Assembly (NCBI GenBank): GCA_024679065.1
Contig: JAGIQG010000012.1
Coordinates: 53,382,001-53,446,000 of the forward strand
DNA from: Sphyrna mokarran
Taxonomy: Eukaryota
Length of the DNA stretch: 64,000 nt
Reading direction: 5' to 3'
Position numbers and translations under genes: made by a program. Shown here piece after piece: positions 36,480-48,339 of the stretch (position 1 is the first letter of the stretch; every line of letters begins with the position of its first letter). The notes under the pieces are model-generated. The model saw nothing but the letters and a program-made list of their open reading frames with translations, was not told the DNA's origin and made no database searches.

Positions 36480-37819
36480 TCCCATTATTATTTTCTCAGT
36501 CTCATTCTCTAAGGGGAAGTTCTTGCTGTCCATTTTTATATTATTTCTTAGTTTACTCTTATAGCTTATCTTCTCCCTCTTTATTGTCTTTTTTGTAACC
36601 TATTATTGGTTTAAGATTGTAAGAGTGAGGGCTGTGATGGTAGGGAAAGGAAGAAGTGCATTCTTACGCCATTCCAAAAAGTTTGGCACCATCTCCTCTT
36701 ATCAACTTCAGGATGTGCAGTTGAGTCTGTCCCCTTCTGGTTAGCATCTGTTCCATTTGATTATATGTTACTTGTTTCTGCAAGAGAAAGGGAAGTATGC
36801 CAATGAGTGTGTTGCATATTACTTGGCTGATTGGCTGTCCAAAAATCTCGTAACCCATGCTCACCCATGTTGTGCAATTATTCTGTATTGCTTCCTGGTT
36901 GAATTCAGCACATTGCAGACTTTTAGAAATTGCTCCAGTCACAATGGCCTCTTCTCTAAGTGGTGCTGGCTGGCTGTTCAGGTATGCAGTCAAGCAACAG
37001 CAGTCTCAGTCTGTGCTGGCTAGAATTTGCAATTTTGTAAAACAGCAGGTAGCATGAATTTTTGCATGGAGTCACCTCAATCTCCATAACTTTATGCACT
37101 TAAATTTTGAACACATTTATTTTGATGTAACACATTAGTTTCACGTTCATATGGAAATTGTGCAAAACATAAGTCTGAGGACGACTATAACTGTGCTTAT
37201 CACGAGCTCTGTTCGACAGGGTAATGTTTCCGTTGAAACAGAGGAAATAATGTGATCTGTTATAGATTCACTATGCAGACAGTAATTATAAGGCATATAT
37301 TTTCTCTCTTTTTAAAATTGCTTCTTTACATAGGTTAATTAAAACTTGTTATTATGGCTCATATACTAACCATCAGTTTCTGTTTAACTTCTTGGATCTA
37401 ATTCCAGCAGTATTGCTGATGAATTTGTACCAAAATATGACCTGATTTTATTCCTTAAAACTCTGACATGGAGACATTCCCCATTTTAATTTAAGTCTCC
37501 TACTTTGAAATGCACTGTTACATTCACGGTGACGACTCTTTTAGATATTTTATATCATAAATGCTTAAATATTTGTTGACATACAGTGGCTTGATTTAAC
37601 AAAAAGGACATTAGCTCTGCAGCTTCCAGCGAAGCAAACTCAAATATAAATGTGAATAAATCTCTTCATAGAATGTATGACATGGAGACAGGCCTTTCGG
37701 CCCAAACTGATCCATCTGACTAAACAATCCATCTAAACTAACCTCATTTGATAGAATCATAAAATGTATGGCAAGGAGGCAGGCCCTTGTCTGATTTTAA
37801 CTCACTTGTTCCCTAATAA

Positions 37820-37961
37820 TTCTCTTTAACTGACATTGGATGGGATTTTCCGGCTAGTCCCAAAAGTGGAAAATCCTGCCTGAAATCAACAGATCTTTGT
37901 ATAATCTGGCCGCTGCCCAATATGATTCTTGTGGCAGGCAAGATGAGAAAATTCCCCCCCC
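37820..37961. mobile_element. ~140 bp MITE
   Basis: GGATGGGATTTTCC ... GAAAATTCCCCCC TIRs; related to 45035-45159. Confidence 0.6.
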
Positions 37962-38251
37962 CATTAGTTTTCAAGATTACACACATATGCAACTTTTAAG
38001 GAAGAAAATCTTAAAAATCAGCCAAGTCCCTCTCTAATATTGATTTCCCTTGAGACAACCAAGTTTGTACTGCACTCATTAAAACCAGAGTTTGGGATTA
38101 TCAGTCACCTGAAAGATACCTTTTAGAAAATTCCTCCTAGTCTCAACCAGAGTAAAGATAGGAGGCTGGGTAAGAGCAAAGAGAGAGACAATTGATGCAT
38201 CTCCATTTCCCCTCAGCTGTTCTGTCCAACCTGGCTCCCTGTCTCCCTCAC

Positions 38252-38819
38252 TGTAATAATTCCCGTTCACCAATTTAGTAAATAACAGCTGCAATGTTTA
38301 TTAGCATATAACTATAATGCAGAGGCTTGTTAGCTTCGCAATTGCCAGTCTGCTTCTGAGAAGATTCAGAAAGAGAAACTCGAGCTCAACCTGCTCCTCG
38401 ACTGGTACCCTGGGTCACTTGAACCCTTACTCTGCAGATAGATCCTTAAAGGAACAATCACCACATTCCCCCTCTCTCCAAATCCTTTTATACAAATGTT
38501 AATACTCAATTTACACAAATAAAGATAATAACACATTTAGTACATGAATTAAGTCAATTATTAAATAAGTCTTCTGGGGGTTCCCAAATCCTTGTGGAGT
38601 GGTGTAACTCCTCTGTCTGGGGCATTTGTACCAGTTAGGAAAATAATAACTGCAATGTTGATTTAGATATGACTATAACAGAGAGCTTGCAGTCTCATGG
38701 CTGCCAGTCAGCTGCTGAGAAGGTTCTGAAACAGAAACCTGTGCTCACCAGTGCGATTTCCCCACCCTGCTCCCTGACTCTTACTCTTCAGATGGATCCT
38801 TAAAGGGACAATCATCACA
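38252..38819 (-). mobile_element. Miniature LTR element: two ~215 bp diverged LTRs with a polypurine tract
   Basis: Direct repeats 38252-38465 and 38603-38819, each TG...CA; GGAGAGAGGGGGAA on the minus strand abuts the 3' LTR. Confidence 0.65.
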
Positions 38820-39127
38820 CACGTGGCAGCCTTTCTCCCAACCTTTGGTTTATGTATCTAAAGGCCAGTATTAGTAGCTCAATCTTGGATTTTTTCCTAA
38901 TTTGTTGGCTGTTCCTGCTGTGCTAGTTCCATTAAAATGAGTCTTTGAGACTTCTTTGAGACTTCTTTCTTCTTTAAGTATGAGGCCTAATACATGGCTG
39001 ACATGCTTTTCACTATTAAAGTATAGAGAATTTACCTAATGACCCTCCACATGTGCACACATTCCTGAATTTCTATCCAATTGTTGGAACTGCTTCATTG
39101 TTGTTGCTGTTCTGCTAACTTTACTAT

Positions 39128-39212
39128 AGTAAGAAGTCTCACAACACAATGGTATTGTGAGACTTTTTACTGTGCTTACCTCAGTCCAACACTGGCATCT
39201 CCACATCATGAC
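39128..39212 (+). mobile_element. Penelope terminal fragment with fold-back
   Basis: AGTAAGAAGTCTCACAACAC-aatg-GTATTGTGAGACTTTTTACT; arms match the terminus of 36342-36479. Confidence 0.75.
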
Positions 39213-39379
39213 AATCTTACTTTTCCAGAGGTATAGCAGTAACATAAGGTGGTTAAAGAATTTCCAGTGAAGTAACACTGGTAAAAAATAGAGTTCAATA
39301 GAGTTCACCATTAGCACCAGAATAAACAAAAAAAGATAGGCTGATCTGGTTTTCTGAAAGTAGGCGTGTCAAAGTAGCA

Positions 39380-40110
39380 CAATAACATTTTTTCACATTG
39401 TCACAAGTGATGGCTGAAACATGGTCAATTGATGCAATGCAGATAATATTTCAGGAGATAATCACATAAATTATTGCTAAAACTTGAGATTCATGGAATT
39501 GGAGACAGTCCTATGACTTTGACAGGAAATTGGTTAGGAGATGGAAGATAGAAAGTTGAAATAGAAAATGCCATTCTCAAAATGATGATGCATGACAATT
39601 GGAGCCTTTTAGTTTTTAGCACTGGGCTCAATCTCTTACTTTCACTCTCAGTATAAACTTGAGCATAGAGGGCATTATATCAAATTATTTAGACAACATT
39701 AAGCTTGGAGATATATAATGGATTGTGAAAAATAGAGCGCAAAATTGCAAATGAGGCTAGATTAAGTGAGTGAGCTAAAGAAGAACAAATGCATTTTGAC
39801 ATAACAAAGCATGATTGAGTACACTTTGGATCTAAAAATGGCAAATGGGAATGCAGTGCAAATAAGGAAAATAAATGAACAAAGGAAATCAGAGATCTAG
39901 GCACATAAGTCATTAAATGTTCATGCAACTAATAGTTAGAATGGCTAATGGGCTTTATCACAAGGAGAATGGGGATAGACTTTATGAGTTAACATTAATT
40001 AATGCCACAATTAAAACACATGAAAGCTACAATTTTGCATCAATAATACATGAAACTGAGAACATGAATTCACACAATGTGAAGGAAAGAAGAACAAAGT
40101 ACTCCCACAA
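39380..40110 (+). mobile_element. Very decayed CR1 RT fragment
   Basis: Ordered remnants (HGI, GNWL, LG, QMHF, HFG) of the CR1 RT. Confidence 0.5.
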
Positions 40111-40427
40111 TTTCACTAGGTGCTAATCAGACCTCATTCTGGAATATTGGGCAGAATTTTCAAATCTACAGAGTCATTCCTAATGGTTTTGTTTGAGGCG
40201 CTACAGCTCAAACAATTGGCAAAAATGGTATGTGGCTTCATTTTGGAAGTCAACAACTGAAAAGGAGGAGGAAGGTCCCCTAGTGAAATCATTGTAATAA
40301 ATGAAAAAAAATGCATTTATTCCATCCTCAGTTAGTGTTCACAATAGTATTATACCAGAAAGAGTAATTTCTTTCAGTTATTCCTGAATGTGATGAAGTA
40401 GTTATATTTTGGGCAATAATAGAAAGA

Positions 40428-41070
40428 TAATCACAGAGTCCTTACGGTGGAGAAGGAGGCCATTCAACCCATCAAGTCTGCACCCAGGCCTTATTCCCAT
40501 AATCCCACCTATTCACCCTGCTAATCTCCTTTACACTAGGGTTAATTTAGCATTACCGATCAAACTAACACACACATCTTTGAACTGTGGGAAGGAAAAG
40601 CACACAGACACAGGAGAATCATAGAAACCATAGAAATCCTACAGTGCAGAAAGAGGCCATTGGGCCCATCGTGTCTGCAGCAACCACAATCTCACCCAGG
40701 TCCTACCCCCACATCCTTACACATTTGCTCACTAATCCTTCTAACCTACGCATCTCAGGATACTAAGGGGCAACTTTAGTATGGCCAATCAATCTAACCA
40801 GCATATCTTTGGACTGTGGGAGGAAACCGGCGCACCCAGAGAAAACCCACACAGACACAAGGAGAATGTGCAAATTCCACGCATACAGCAACCCAAGCTG
40901 GGAATCGAACCCAAGTCCCTGGAGCTCTGAAGCAGCAGTACAACCACTGTTCCACCGTGCCACCCCTAAATGTGCAAACTCCACATAGACAGTGACTTGA
41001 GGCCTGAAGTGAATCTGAGTCCCTAATGCTATGAGGTAGCAGTACTAATCACTGTGCCACCGTGCCATCC
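40428..41070 (-). mobile_element. HE1-like SINE with a second HE1-like SINE (about 40617-40966) nested inside
   Basis: The outer element is split at GGAGAAT / AATGTGCAAACT. Confidence 0.85.
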
Positions 41071-41166
41071 TACATCTAATAAATAGTTCACAATTCTAAA
41101 ACTATAATCAGCTTTTGTAGGTATTTTTAGTTCCTTCTTTTAAACATTGTGGGAGTTGTCTGTTGT

Positions 41167-41492
41167 ATTTGATGGGCAACACGACAGCTCAGTGACTATC
41201 GCTGTGCTGTGCAGATACATGGATTTGGGTCTGTGTCTGTGGGAGTTTGCGCAATCTCCCTGTGCTTGTGTGGGTTTTCTCTGGGTGCTCCGGTTTCCTC
41301 CCTCGCCCCAAAGGTGTGCTCTTAGGCTGATTGGCAGAACAAATTCTCCCTAAATTGTCACAAATTTGGTTCCAATGCATAGATCTATAAATATAGACAG
41401 GATCATGGGTAGAAGCAGGAACATCGAGGTGGCGGCGCAGGCTTGTTGGGCCGAAGGGCTTGTTTCCTGTGCTGTTTTGTTCTTTGTTCTTT
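41167..41492 (+). mobile_element. Copy of the SINE-derived CR1 3' UTR seen at 33242-33581
   Basis: Shares the decayed head GGGCAACACGACAGCTCAGTGACTATCGCTGTGCTGTGCAGATACATGG and the (TTCTTTG)n tail. Confidence 0.9.
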
Positions 41493-42089
41493 ATTATAAT
41501 CTCTTCAATCAGACAATCTATTGGTTGAAGATAAAATTCAAAAATTTGGGAAAGGATACAGTGCTGACCCTCTGATGCATTAACAATAATTTATTAAAGA
41601 AACTAAGTGCCTGAACCATATAAAAGGAAGCCAATCAGATATAATTTTGAACAAACGCTTTACAGATTTAACTTTTATTGAATGCCTTGGCTCCACCCTC
41701 GAACAAGTTTTCTGGAGACTAATCAACTAGGCCCCATAACAGTTACTCATTATAAACTTGGATCTGATTTCCAGAAATGAAGCCGGTTTCTCATCTTTCA
41801 GATAATGACCATCATCACACACATGACTGAGGAAGCCAGCAGCAAGTTAATGCTTTGGAATAAATGACCTTATTTTTGGCCTCAGCCATTTTACTTGCTG
41901 TTAAAATGTCTGCTAAATTTATACATTTAACTTGTGGTTCATGAAAGATCACACCCATTACCTTGTTTGCAGAATAAAATGACATGACCGACCACTATGT
42001 TGGCCTGAATTTTCACTCCTGAGTTGGGAAGTTCTTGATCCCTCAGAGCCGCTGTTTGAAAAACTACCCCAGATAGTCAGGTTTGCACT

Positions 42090-42197
42090 CAAAGAACAAA
42101 CAAAGAAGAAAGAACAAAACAGCACAGGAAACAGGCCCTTCGGCCCAACAAGCCCATGCCACCACCTCGATGTTCCCACTTCTGCCCACGATCCCGG
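42090..42197 (-). mobile_element. Short 3' tail of the same family as 41167-41492
   Basis: AAAACAGCACAGGAAACAGGCCCTTCGGCCCAACAAGCC. Confidence 0.85.
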
Positions 42198-42298
42198 TCT
42201 CCTGACAGTTGGGTCCATTCATTGGGTCTGCAAAAGAAAAGGTGAAACCAGTCAACTCCTTTAGAGAAACCACAGCTGTCAATCAGGCTTAGAGTCTA

Positions 42299-42570
42299 TG
42301 GGTCTGAATTTACCATTTTGTATCGTTTTCGGGTGCATTCGTGCTGGAGATGTGGGTGAACAGCAGGGGATTGGTGAATGGGCTGTCAAACCTGCTAGTT
42401 GTATCACAACTAGTGGATTTGCATAATTATCGGGTTGCCACCTACTGTGGGAGGGAACCCGACTGGGTGCGCTGGGAGAATCGTGATGGGTTTGGAGCTC
42501 CATTTCATGACTAATTCTCTGAGCCATCACTATTCTAGCCAGCAGCGAGCAGGTTGGGAGAATCCCTCCC
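42299..42570. mobile_element. MITE (Harbinger-like)
   Basis: GGGTCTGAATTTACC ... GGAGAATCCCTCCC imperfect TIRs. Confidence 0.5.
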
Positions 42571-42764
42571 TGTCAATCAAACTGTGAAGTAAGAGGCATC
42601 CACTGTGACAAGTTGTGAAATGAATCTTGCAGCACTAATCATATAATGGCAATCCTTAGTCTTCCATCAACTAGGTGAAACAGCAAGCACTTTTTTTAAA
42701 GCATGCAATTAGGTTTAATTTCAAAGATTTATAGGGTTTGGGGATTTAAAACCTTATTCTTTTG

Positions 42765-42935
42765 ATAACTTCCTTCAAAGCTTCTTTGACAGTTCCCTTC
42801 ACAGTTCTCATGACAGTTCCTCCGACAGCCCCCTTGATGTTTCCGTTGACATTTGCACTGACAGATCTCTTCATTGCTACCTTGACAGTTCATTTGACAA
42901 CTCCCTTTATATTTCATTGACAACTCTCTTGAACA
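42765..42935. repeat. Degenerate 12 bp minisatellite, consensus about TTGACAGTTCCC
   Basis: TGACA recurs with ~12 nt period, roughly 14 units. Confidence 0.8.
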
Positions 42936-43381
42936 TGAAAGCTCCAATAAGCTTGGCAGTTCTGATGATCTTATCCACTTTTTTTCTCTGATATTGTAGA
43001 CCCTCCTCCAGAATTATGAAGCAAAGAGATGTTATCAATGCGATAACTCATTGGGCCTATTGATATTACAGATGTCACAGCTAAAACCTACTGTCATCAT
43101 GTTTTTAAGGAAGGGAATGGTTGCCACAATGAAAACAAATGGTACAATGACATTTATTATGCAACTAATTGATGCAAGTCTTTTAAAGGACAAGAACTGA
43201 CATTCAACATTCATTTCATGTGGGTATTGAATTCCAGCAATCCAGTTTGATGCTTAGATCACAGGACAATCATCCACTTTCCCAGGATACATGCAATGGC
43301 TGTACAGCAGGCCTGAGGCCCCAAATTCCTGATGAAGATCCATACTATAGCAGCTAAGTGTTGTATACTAGCCACATAATT

Positions 43382-43647
43382 AGGTGGTACAGTGGCATAG
43401 TGGTTAGCACCGCTGCCTCACAGCACTAGGGACCCAGGTTCTATTCTAACCTTCGATATCTGTCTGTGCGGAGCTTGCATGTTCTCTCTGATTCTGTGTG
43501 GGTTTCTTCCGATTTCCTCCCAGTGTCTGAAAGATGTGCTGGTTAGGTGCATTGACCTAAACAGGCACAGAAGTGTGATGACTAAGATAACTTCATTGCA
43601 GTGTTAATGTAAGCTGTATTTGTGACTAATAAATAAACTTTACTTTA
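43382..43647 (+). mobile_element. V-SINE, tail type A (internally shortened)
   Basis: Head and type A tail. Confidence 0.85.
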
Positions 43648-44152
43648 TAATTCTGCTGAAAAGCTGTTGTACCATTTAGATGTCATCTAATGAGCTATGC
43701 ACAAGCAACATTTTTGAGATGAAATGTTGTTTTTCATTCTGATTGAAGTTTTTGCTGATGTACTAGGTTATATTAAATACTTCATTGGTCTCCTTCATAA
43801 GTGTAATATTAGTCAGGTACAGCACCCAAATCACCATAATTAGATTAGGAAACATGGACTGACATATTGCTCACCTGACTGAAGTATTTTTTTTATGACT
43901 GTAAATTGTTCTGTAGGAGTTACATTAACCCCACATTTAAAGTTCCTTTGTCCATTATTTTAGCAGAGGTATGAACTAATTTAATAAATTTGATGTTCTT
44001 TATGAGGTAACAGACAAAAATCCAAATTCATGAAAATTCTTTAGTATTTTGATCGTATTATTACACATTATCTCGAGGCAGGTATGTTGCAGGAAGTTGA
44101 ACAGTGGAACTTTTCTTGAAACCTCAAATAGTTTTGTTCTCAGGTTTTATCA

Positions 44153-44445
44153 CAAGATCCCAATGGTGCAGATGAAGGCCTTTCAGTTCATTGAGCCTGT
44201 ACTGACAGTAATCCACTCAGGCCCTATCCCCGTAATCCCATGTATTTACCTTGTTAATGCCCTCACATTAAGGGATAATTTAGCATGGCCAATCCACTTA
44301 ACCTGCACATCTTTGGAGTATGAAAGGAAGTCAGAGCATCCGGAAATACGGGGAGAACTTGCAAACTCCATCCAGTCACCCGAGGCTGAAATTGAACCTA
44401 TGTCCCTGGTGCTGTGAAGCAGCAATGCTTACCACTGTGTCACCT
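44153..44445 (-). mobile_element. HE1-like V-SINE (tail B)
   Basis: Reverse head and tail. Confidence 0.8.
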
Positions 44446-45034
44446 TGCATGTTTGGTAGATAGCCAGCAGGAAGTTTATTTATAAGTGTTAATGCAAGAA
44501 ACCTGGAAACAATTCCCAATGTCTAAAGTAGTGTGGGTTAGAAGTTTCAAGTTGAACAATAAAAGATATGACAGAAAGATATTTGCTTTAATTAACAACA
44601 TGCATTTTACAGAAATATTTAATAATATACATAGAATTCAGGAGCAAATGATTGTATTGCACAAGGATCGCTAGAAGCACATTACTCATGTATTACAATT
44701 TTAAACATTTGACTGGTCCTTATTTAAAATTCTTCACAATATTTATAAAACCACAACTACAGAATTTATAGCTTTTTTCTACAAATGCTGCATCACACAC
44801 CTAGAATTTTTAATTCTCTATTTAAAGTAAAATTATTAGGCTGGGAATATAAATGTTTACTTCTTGTTTTAATCAAACTCTTGTGACTAATGAGCGTGTA
44901 GAAAGTACATATTAATAAAGCATTGCCTTTATCATGGACTTCATTACTTAACACCCAGTTTTCCTCAACATAGGCAATAAAATCCAGCTCCATAATGCTA
45001 GGCACTATGACAGCCAGTTGATGTGAAAAACCCA

Positions 45035-45159
45035 GGGCAAATTTTATTATCCTGCCTGCCACAGGAATTGGAGTGGGCAAGGGAAGTACCATGGAAAATT
45101 CCATTGACCTCGAGTGGGATTTTCTGGTTTCGTGGCAAGAGAGGCTGGAAAATCTCTCC
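45035..45159. mobile_element. ~125 bp MITE
   Basis: GGGCAAATTTTA ... GGAAAATCTCTCC; related to 37820-37961. Confidence 0.55.
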
Positions 45160-45429
45160 TGGTAGGTGTCTTGGCCACTTTTTGCTCAGAATGCATTCAT
45201 CAACATACTTTTTACGGGAGATAGTAGGGATGTGTCTCAGAATTATGCAGATAAAACAGATTCCAATGTCAGTCAATGCCTAATGTGATTTAATGCTTGA
45301 CCTGCCATTTTGGACCTCACTGCCCAAGGTAAAGCTCTTGCTTAAATTGTGCAGCTGAATATAATTCTACTGCGTGAGGGATCCTCACCAGCACTATTCA
45401 AAGACAGCAGTATCTCGTTGGCAATTTAG

Positions 45430-46390
45430 TTGTGTTGTTAATTTTTGGGACAGTCTTTTTAATTTAAGGTAAAATGGAGGAATGAAGAAGTCATGTGACC
45501 TGTCTTGGATTTTGTTTGACAACAAGCTCGATTGAATTGGTTGTTATGGGGAGAATGGGGCCCAGATCAAGAGACTTGATGAGGAGGTGCATGATTTTCA
45601 GCTGTATTGACTTGGATAGGCTGCTATTTCCCATGTCTCCCAGGTATGTATTAGGAATGTCAGATTTTGTAAATGGTTATGCTTTAAACTTCAAGTTATT
45701 TAATTCCAAGATAGAATGAAGTTGGGGTGTTTAATGGATAGCTGATTAGCTTTTCTACACAGATCCAAGGCCCAGGTGATTCACGTTGCCAAAAAGATAT
45801 GCTTTTGGAAAAGAAATGTCCACAGAAAGCCATTGTGATATTGGGTTGCAGGTTTTTCAAAGATATGTATAAACTGTGCAGACATATGTTAGTCTGCAAG
45901 AATCTGAGAGACAATGAGTGTAGTCTGCACCAGAAATAATGAAAATGCTGACTTTCTTGTTCACCGTGCAGAATGTGGGAGGGAGCATTTGTTCAGATTG
46001 TAAAGATCAAAGTAGGACTGAAAGATTCAACTAGCTTTGACTGAGAGAAGGAATTTCCAGTGTAACTCTTGCTGTGAAAGAAAGTTCTGGAATTAGAAGC
46101 TAACCAGATAGGAAAGTAAAACAGAAGAAAGCCTTTGAAAGTGAAGAATAGCTTTGAATGGTACCTATGAGAATATATTATCCATTTAAGTGACAGTGTG
46201 AAGTATAACTGATAGTGGATTTTAAAAAATTAACCAGTGAAGCTTTTCTCTAGTTTAAAGCATGTTACCAAATAAGTAGTGGTTATTGCAGTAGAAGTCT
46301 TAGAACTTGAAATCTTGTCATGTGATCCTTCCAGTTAATTATTGGAAAATCAGATCTCTTTTTAGAAGTAATTAGTTTCTACAGGGATTG
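45430..46390 (+). mobile_element. Solo LTR-like element related to 26444-27316
   Basis: Shared blocks GTCATGTGA, GACAACAAGC, GTATTAG.AATGTCAG, GATAGAATG, CAAGGCCCA, GTCTGCAAGAATCT.AGAGA. Confidence 0.55.
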
Positions 46391-47234
46391 AGGTAGTTAT
46401 TTTTGACTATCCAGTTGCTGCTGTGGAATTAGCAGAAATACTAGGCTGGAGCAGATTTTTCAAGCTGCTTCAGCCAACTGGGAATGTGCTGGATATTGTG
46501 AAGAGATTGTGTGCTTCTGAATACACCACCTGCTCCCTGTTAGGGGGCTATAGTCGTTGTTCCTCTCAGGTTGCAACTGCAGAGCAGAGCAAAATAAACC
46601 ATGGCCAGAAGTGAAGATATGTTGCTTACAGATAGAGGAGCAGGAAGACGGATTCAGGAGGAGATCTTACACACTAAGGAGCATTTTCTGAACTGCATTT
46701 AAACCAGGGATAATGGGCAGAATTTTAATCACCAAGGGGAGGTGGGCTTGGCTACTGGTGCAATGTTAATTGTCCGATGATTGGAAATGAGTCACAAATT
46801 TAAGGTGATCCCAACAACTTCTGGGTTTGCAGATGAAAGGGGCAATTGTGGGGAACGGCATTATAAGGAGCAAACAGAGAATCAACTTTAAGTTTGACCC
46901 AGAATTCTGATGTTAATAGAAAATATCTGAGTTCCCTGAGCTCTCTGCATCTTGTTGGAGTCACTGAGGCATGTATACAATACAGTGTTTGAAAATGCTG
47001 CAATGGAAAGATTGTAAAAAATGAAGTTATTACATTGGTGGCCAGCTCCTTCGGAAAGTCTTTGCTTGCAGGATTCATACAGAGTGCTTGAAATTACTCC
47101 ACTGAGTATCAATGTCAACTTTTTGAAAATATTTGAAATACCTGAAAGTATATTCACTTTCATCTTGGTTACTTTAGCTGTCAGCCTTCACTGCAGCATG
47201 GGAGCAGTTTATAAAGCTTGCAGCATTTTGGACT

Positions 47235-47350
47235 GAAATGAGGAGAAATGTCTTCATTCAGAGCGTGGACAGCCTATGGAATCAGTTGCCACAGAAAGCA
47301 GTTGAGGCCAAAACATTGCATTTTTCAAGGAGTTGGATATAGCTCCTGGG
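47235..47350 (+). mobile_element. CR1 ORF2 C-terminal fragment
   Basis: EMRRNVFIQSVDSLWNQLPQKAVEA. Confidence 0.7.
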
Positions 47351-47384
47351 TGAGCCTCATCAACAGCTGCAGCAACAACAGCAG

Positions 47385-47710
47385 CGTGGGCATTACCGGC
47401 TGGCAAGAATTTATTGCCCATCCCTAGTTGCCTGAGAGCAGTTTAGAGTCAACCACATTGCTGTGGTTCTGGAGCTACGTGTAAACCAAACCTGGTAAGG
47501 ATAGCAGATTCCCTTCCCCAAAGGACTAGAATTAAATGTTTTCTTCTGACAATGGACAATGGTTTTGTGGTCATCATTACATTTTTAATTCTAGATTTTT
47601 TTAATTCAAATTGCACTATCTGCAGTGGCAGCTTAGAACCCAGGTCCCCAGAACATTAGCTGACTTTCTGGATTAATAACTTAGTGCTAAGATGACAAGC
47701 CAATAGCCTC
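47385..47710 (-). mobile_element. SlmI/Meta-like SINE
   Basis: TTTATTGCCCATCCCTAGTTGCC tail and a body shared with 9465-9795. Confidence 0.65.
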
Positions 47711-48234
47711 CCTCAGGAGAAGGGGTGTCTTTTCAATGTTTCTGTTCAACTCCTGTGGTTGCTGATCCCTTTAAACAGAAATCTTTCCTTTGACAAATAC
47801 AGTGTGATATTCTGCCTGCCCTCTCCAATTAGCCAAGAATCTAAGAAGCAGGAGGTGAATGCCTTGGCTGCCATAAAGAACCAGTCAAAGCATGCTACTC
47901 TATCAAATTGGTTCATGAGCCCCTACCAGCCTCCCTTCTATGTGTGAATTGTTCTATCAAGATCTTGCTCTGTATGTTCAGTGGCTGTGCTTCACCATAA
48001 TGATGCCATGTTCAGCATCATCCCTTGGAATTGGACCTGCCGCCTCACTGTAGCGTGAAGGCAGTGCTGCCAGTGAATGTAATCCTGAATTTTTCATCAG
48101 CAAATACTTCAAGTTGAAACATCTCATCATCCATCACTATATCTGACAGTAACTGAAATTCTGTACGCTAGGGGAGGAGGCTTCTTGATTATCTCCTTTC
48201 TAAACAGGAGGAGCAGTCATGTAGCTTTTCCAGA

Positions 48235-48332
48235 GTAAGAAGTCTCACAACACCAGGTTAAAGTCCAACAGGTTTATTTGGTAGCAAAAGCCACTAACTT
48301 TCGGAACACAAGCTGCCCCTTCATCATGTGAG
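48235..48332 (-). mobile_element. Solo Penelope pseudo-LTR unit with degenerate hammerhead (48292-48330)
   Basis: Minus strand CAC-ATGATGA-A-GGGGCA gcttg TGTTCC-GAAA-GTTA-GTG; TCCAGA flanks both sides (48229 and 48333). Confidence 0.8.
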
Positions 48333-48339
48333 TCCAGAT

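Larger units (their letters stand above)
34345..36610 (-). mobile_element. Decayed CR1 LINE with nested insertions
   Basis: Tail at ~34345; reverse RT motifs (TCTGCAAATTTGGC, TGATCCTTGTGATGCTCCACT); ITKEKVLRKLMGLKTDKSP in ORF 36038-36421. Confidence 0.85.

Noticed and set aside
42729-42947. Metallothionein-like Cys-rich protein gene
   Set aside because: The Cys periodicity is a by-product of the 12 bp repeat; non-ATG start and no splice or gene context.
26444-46390. Paired LTRs of one 20 kb provirus
   Set aside because: The two repeats are too diverged, and I see no PBS or gag/pol remnants between them; better explained as two solo LTRs.
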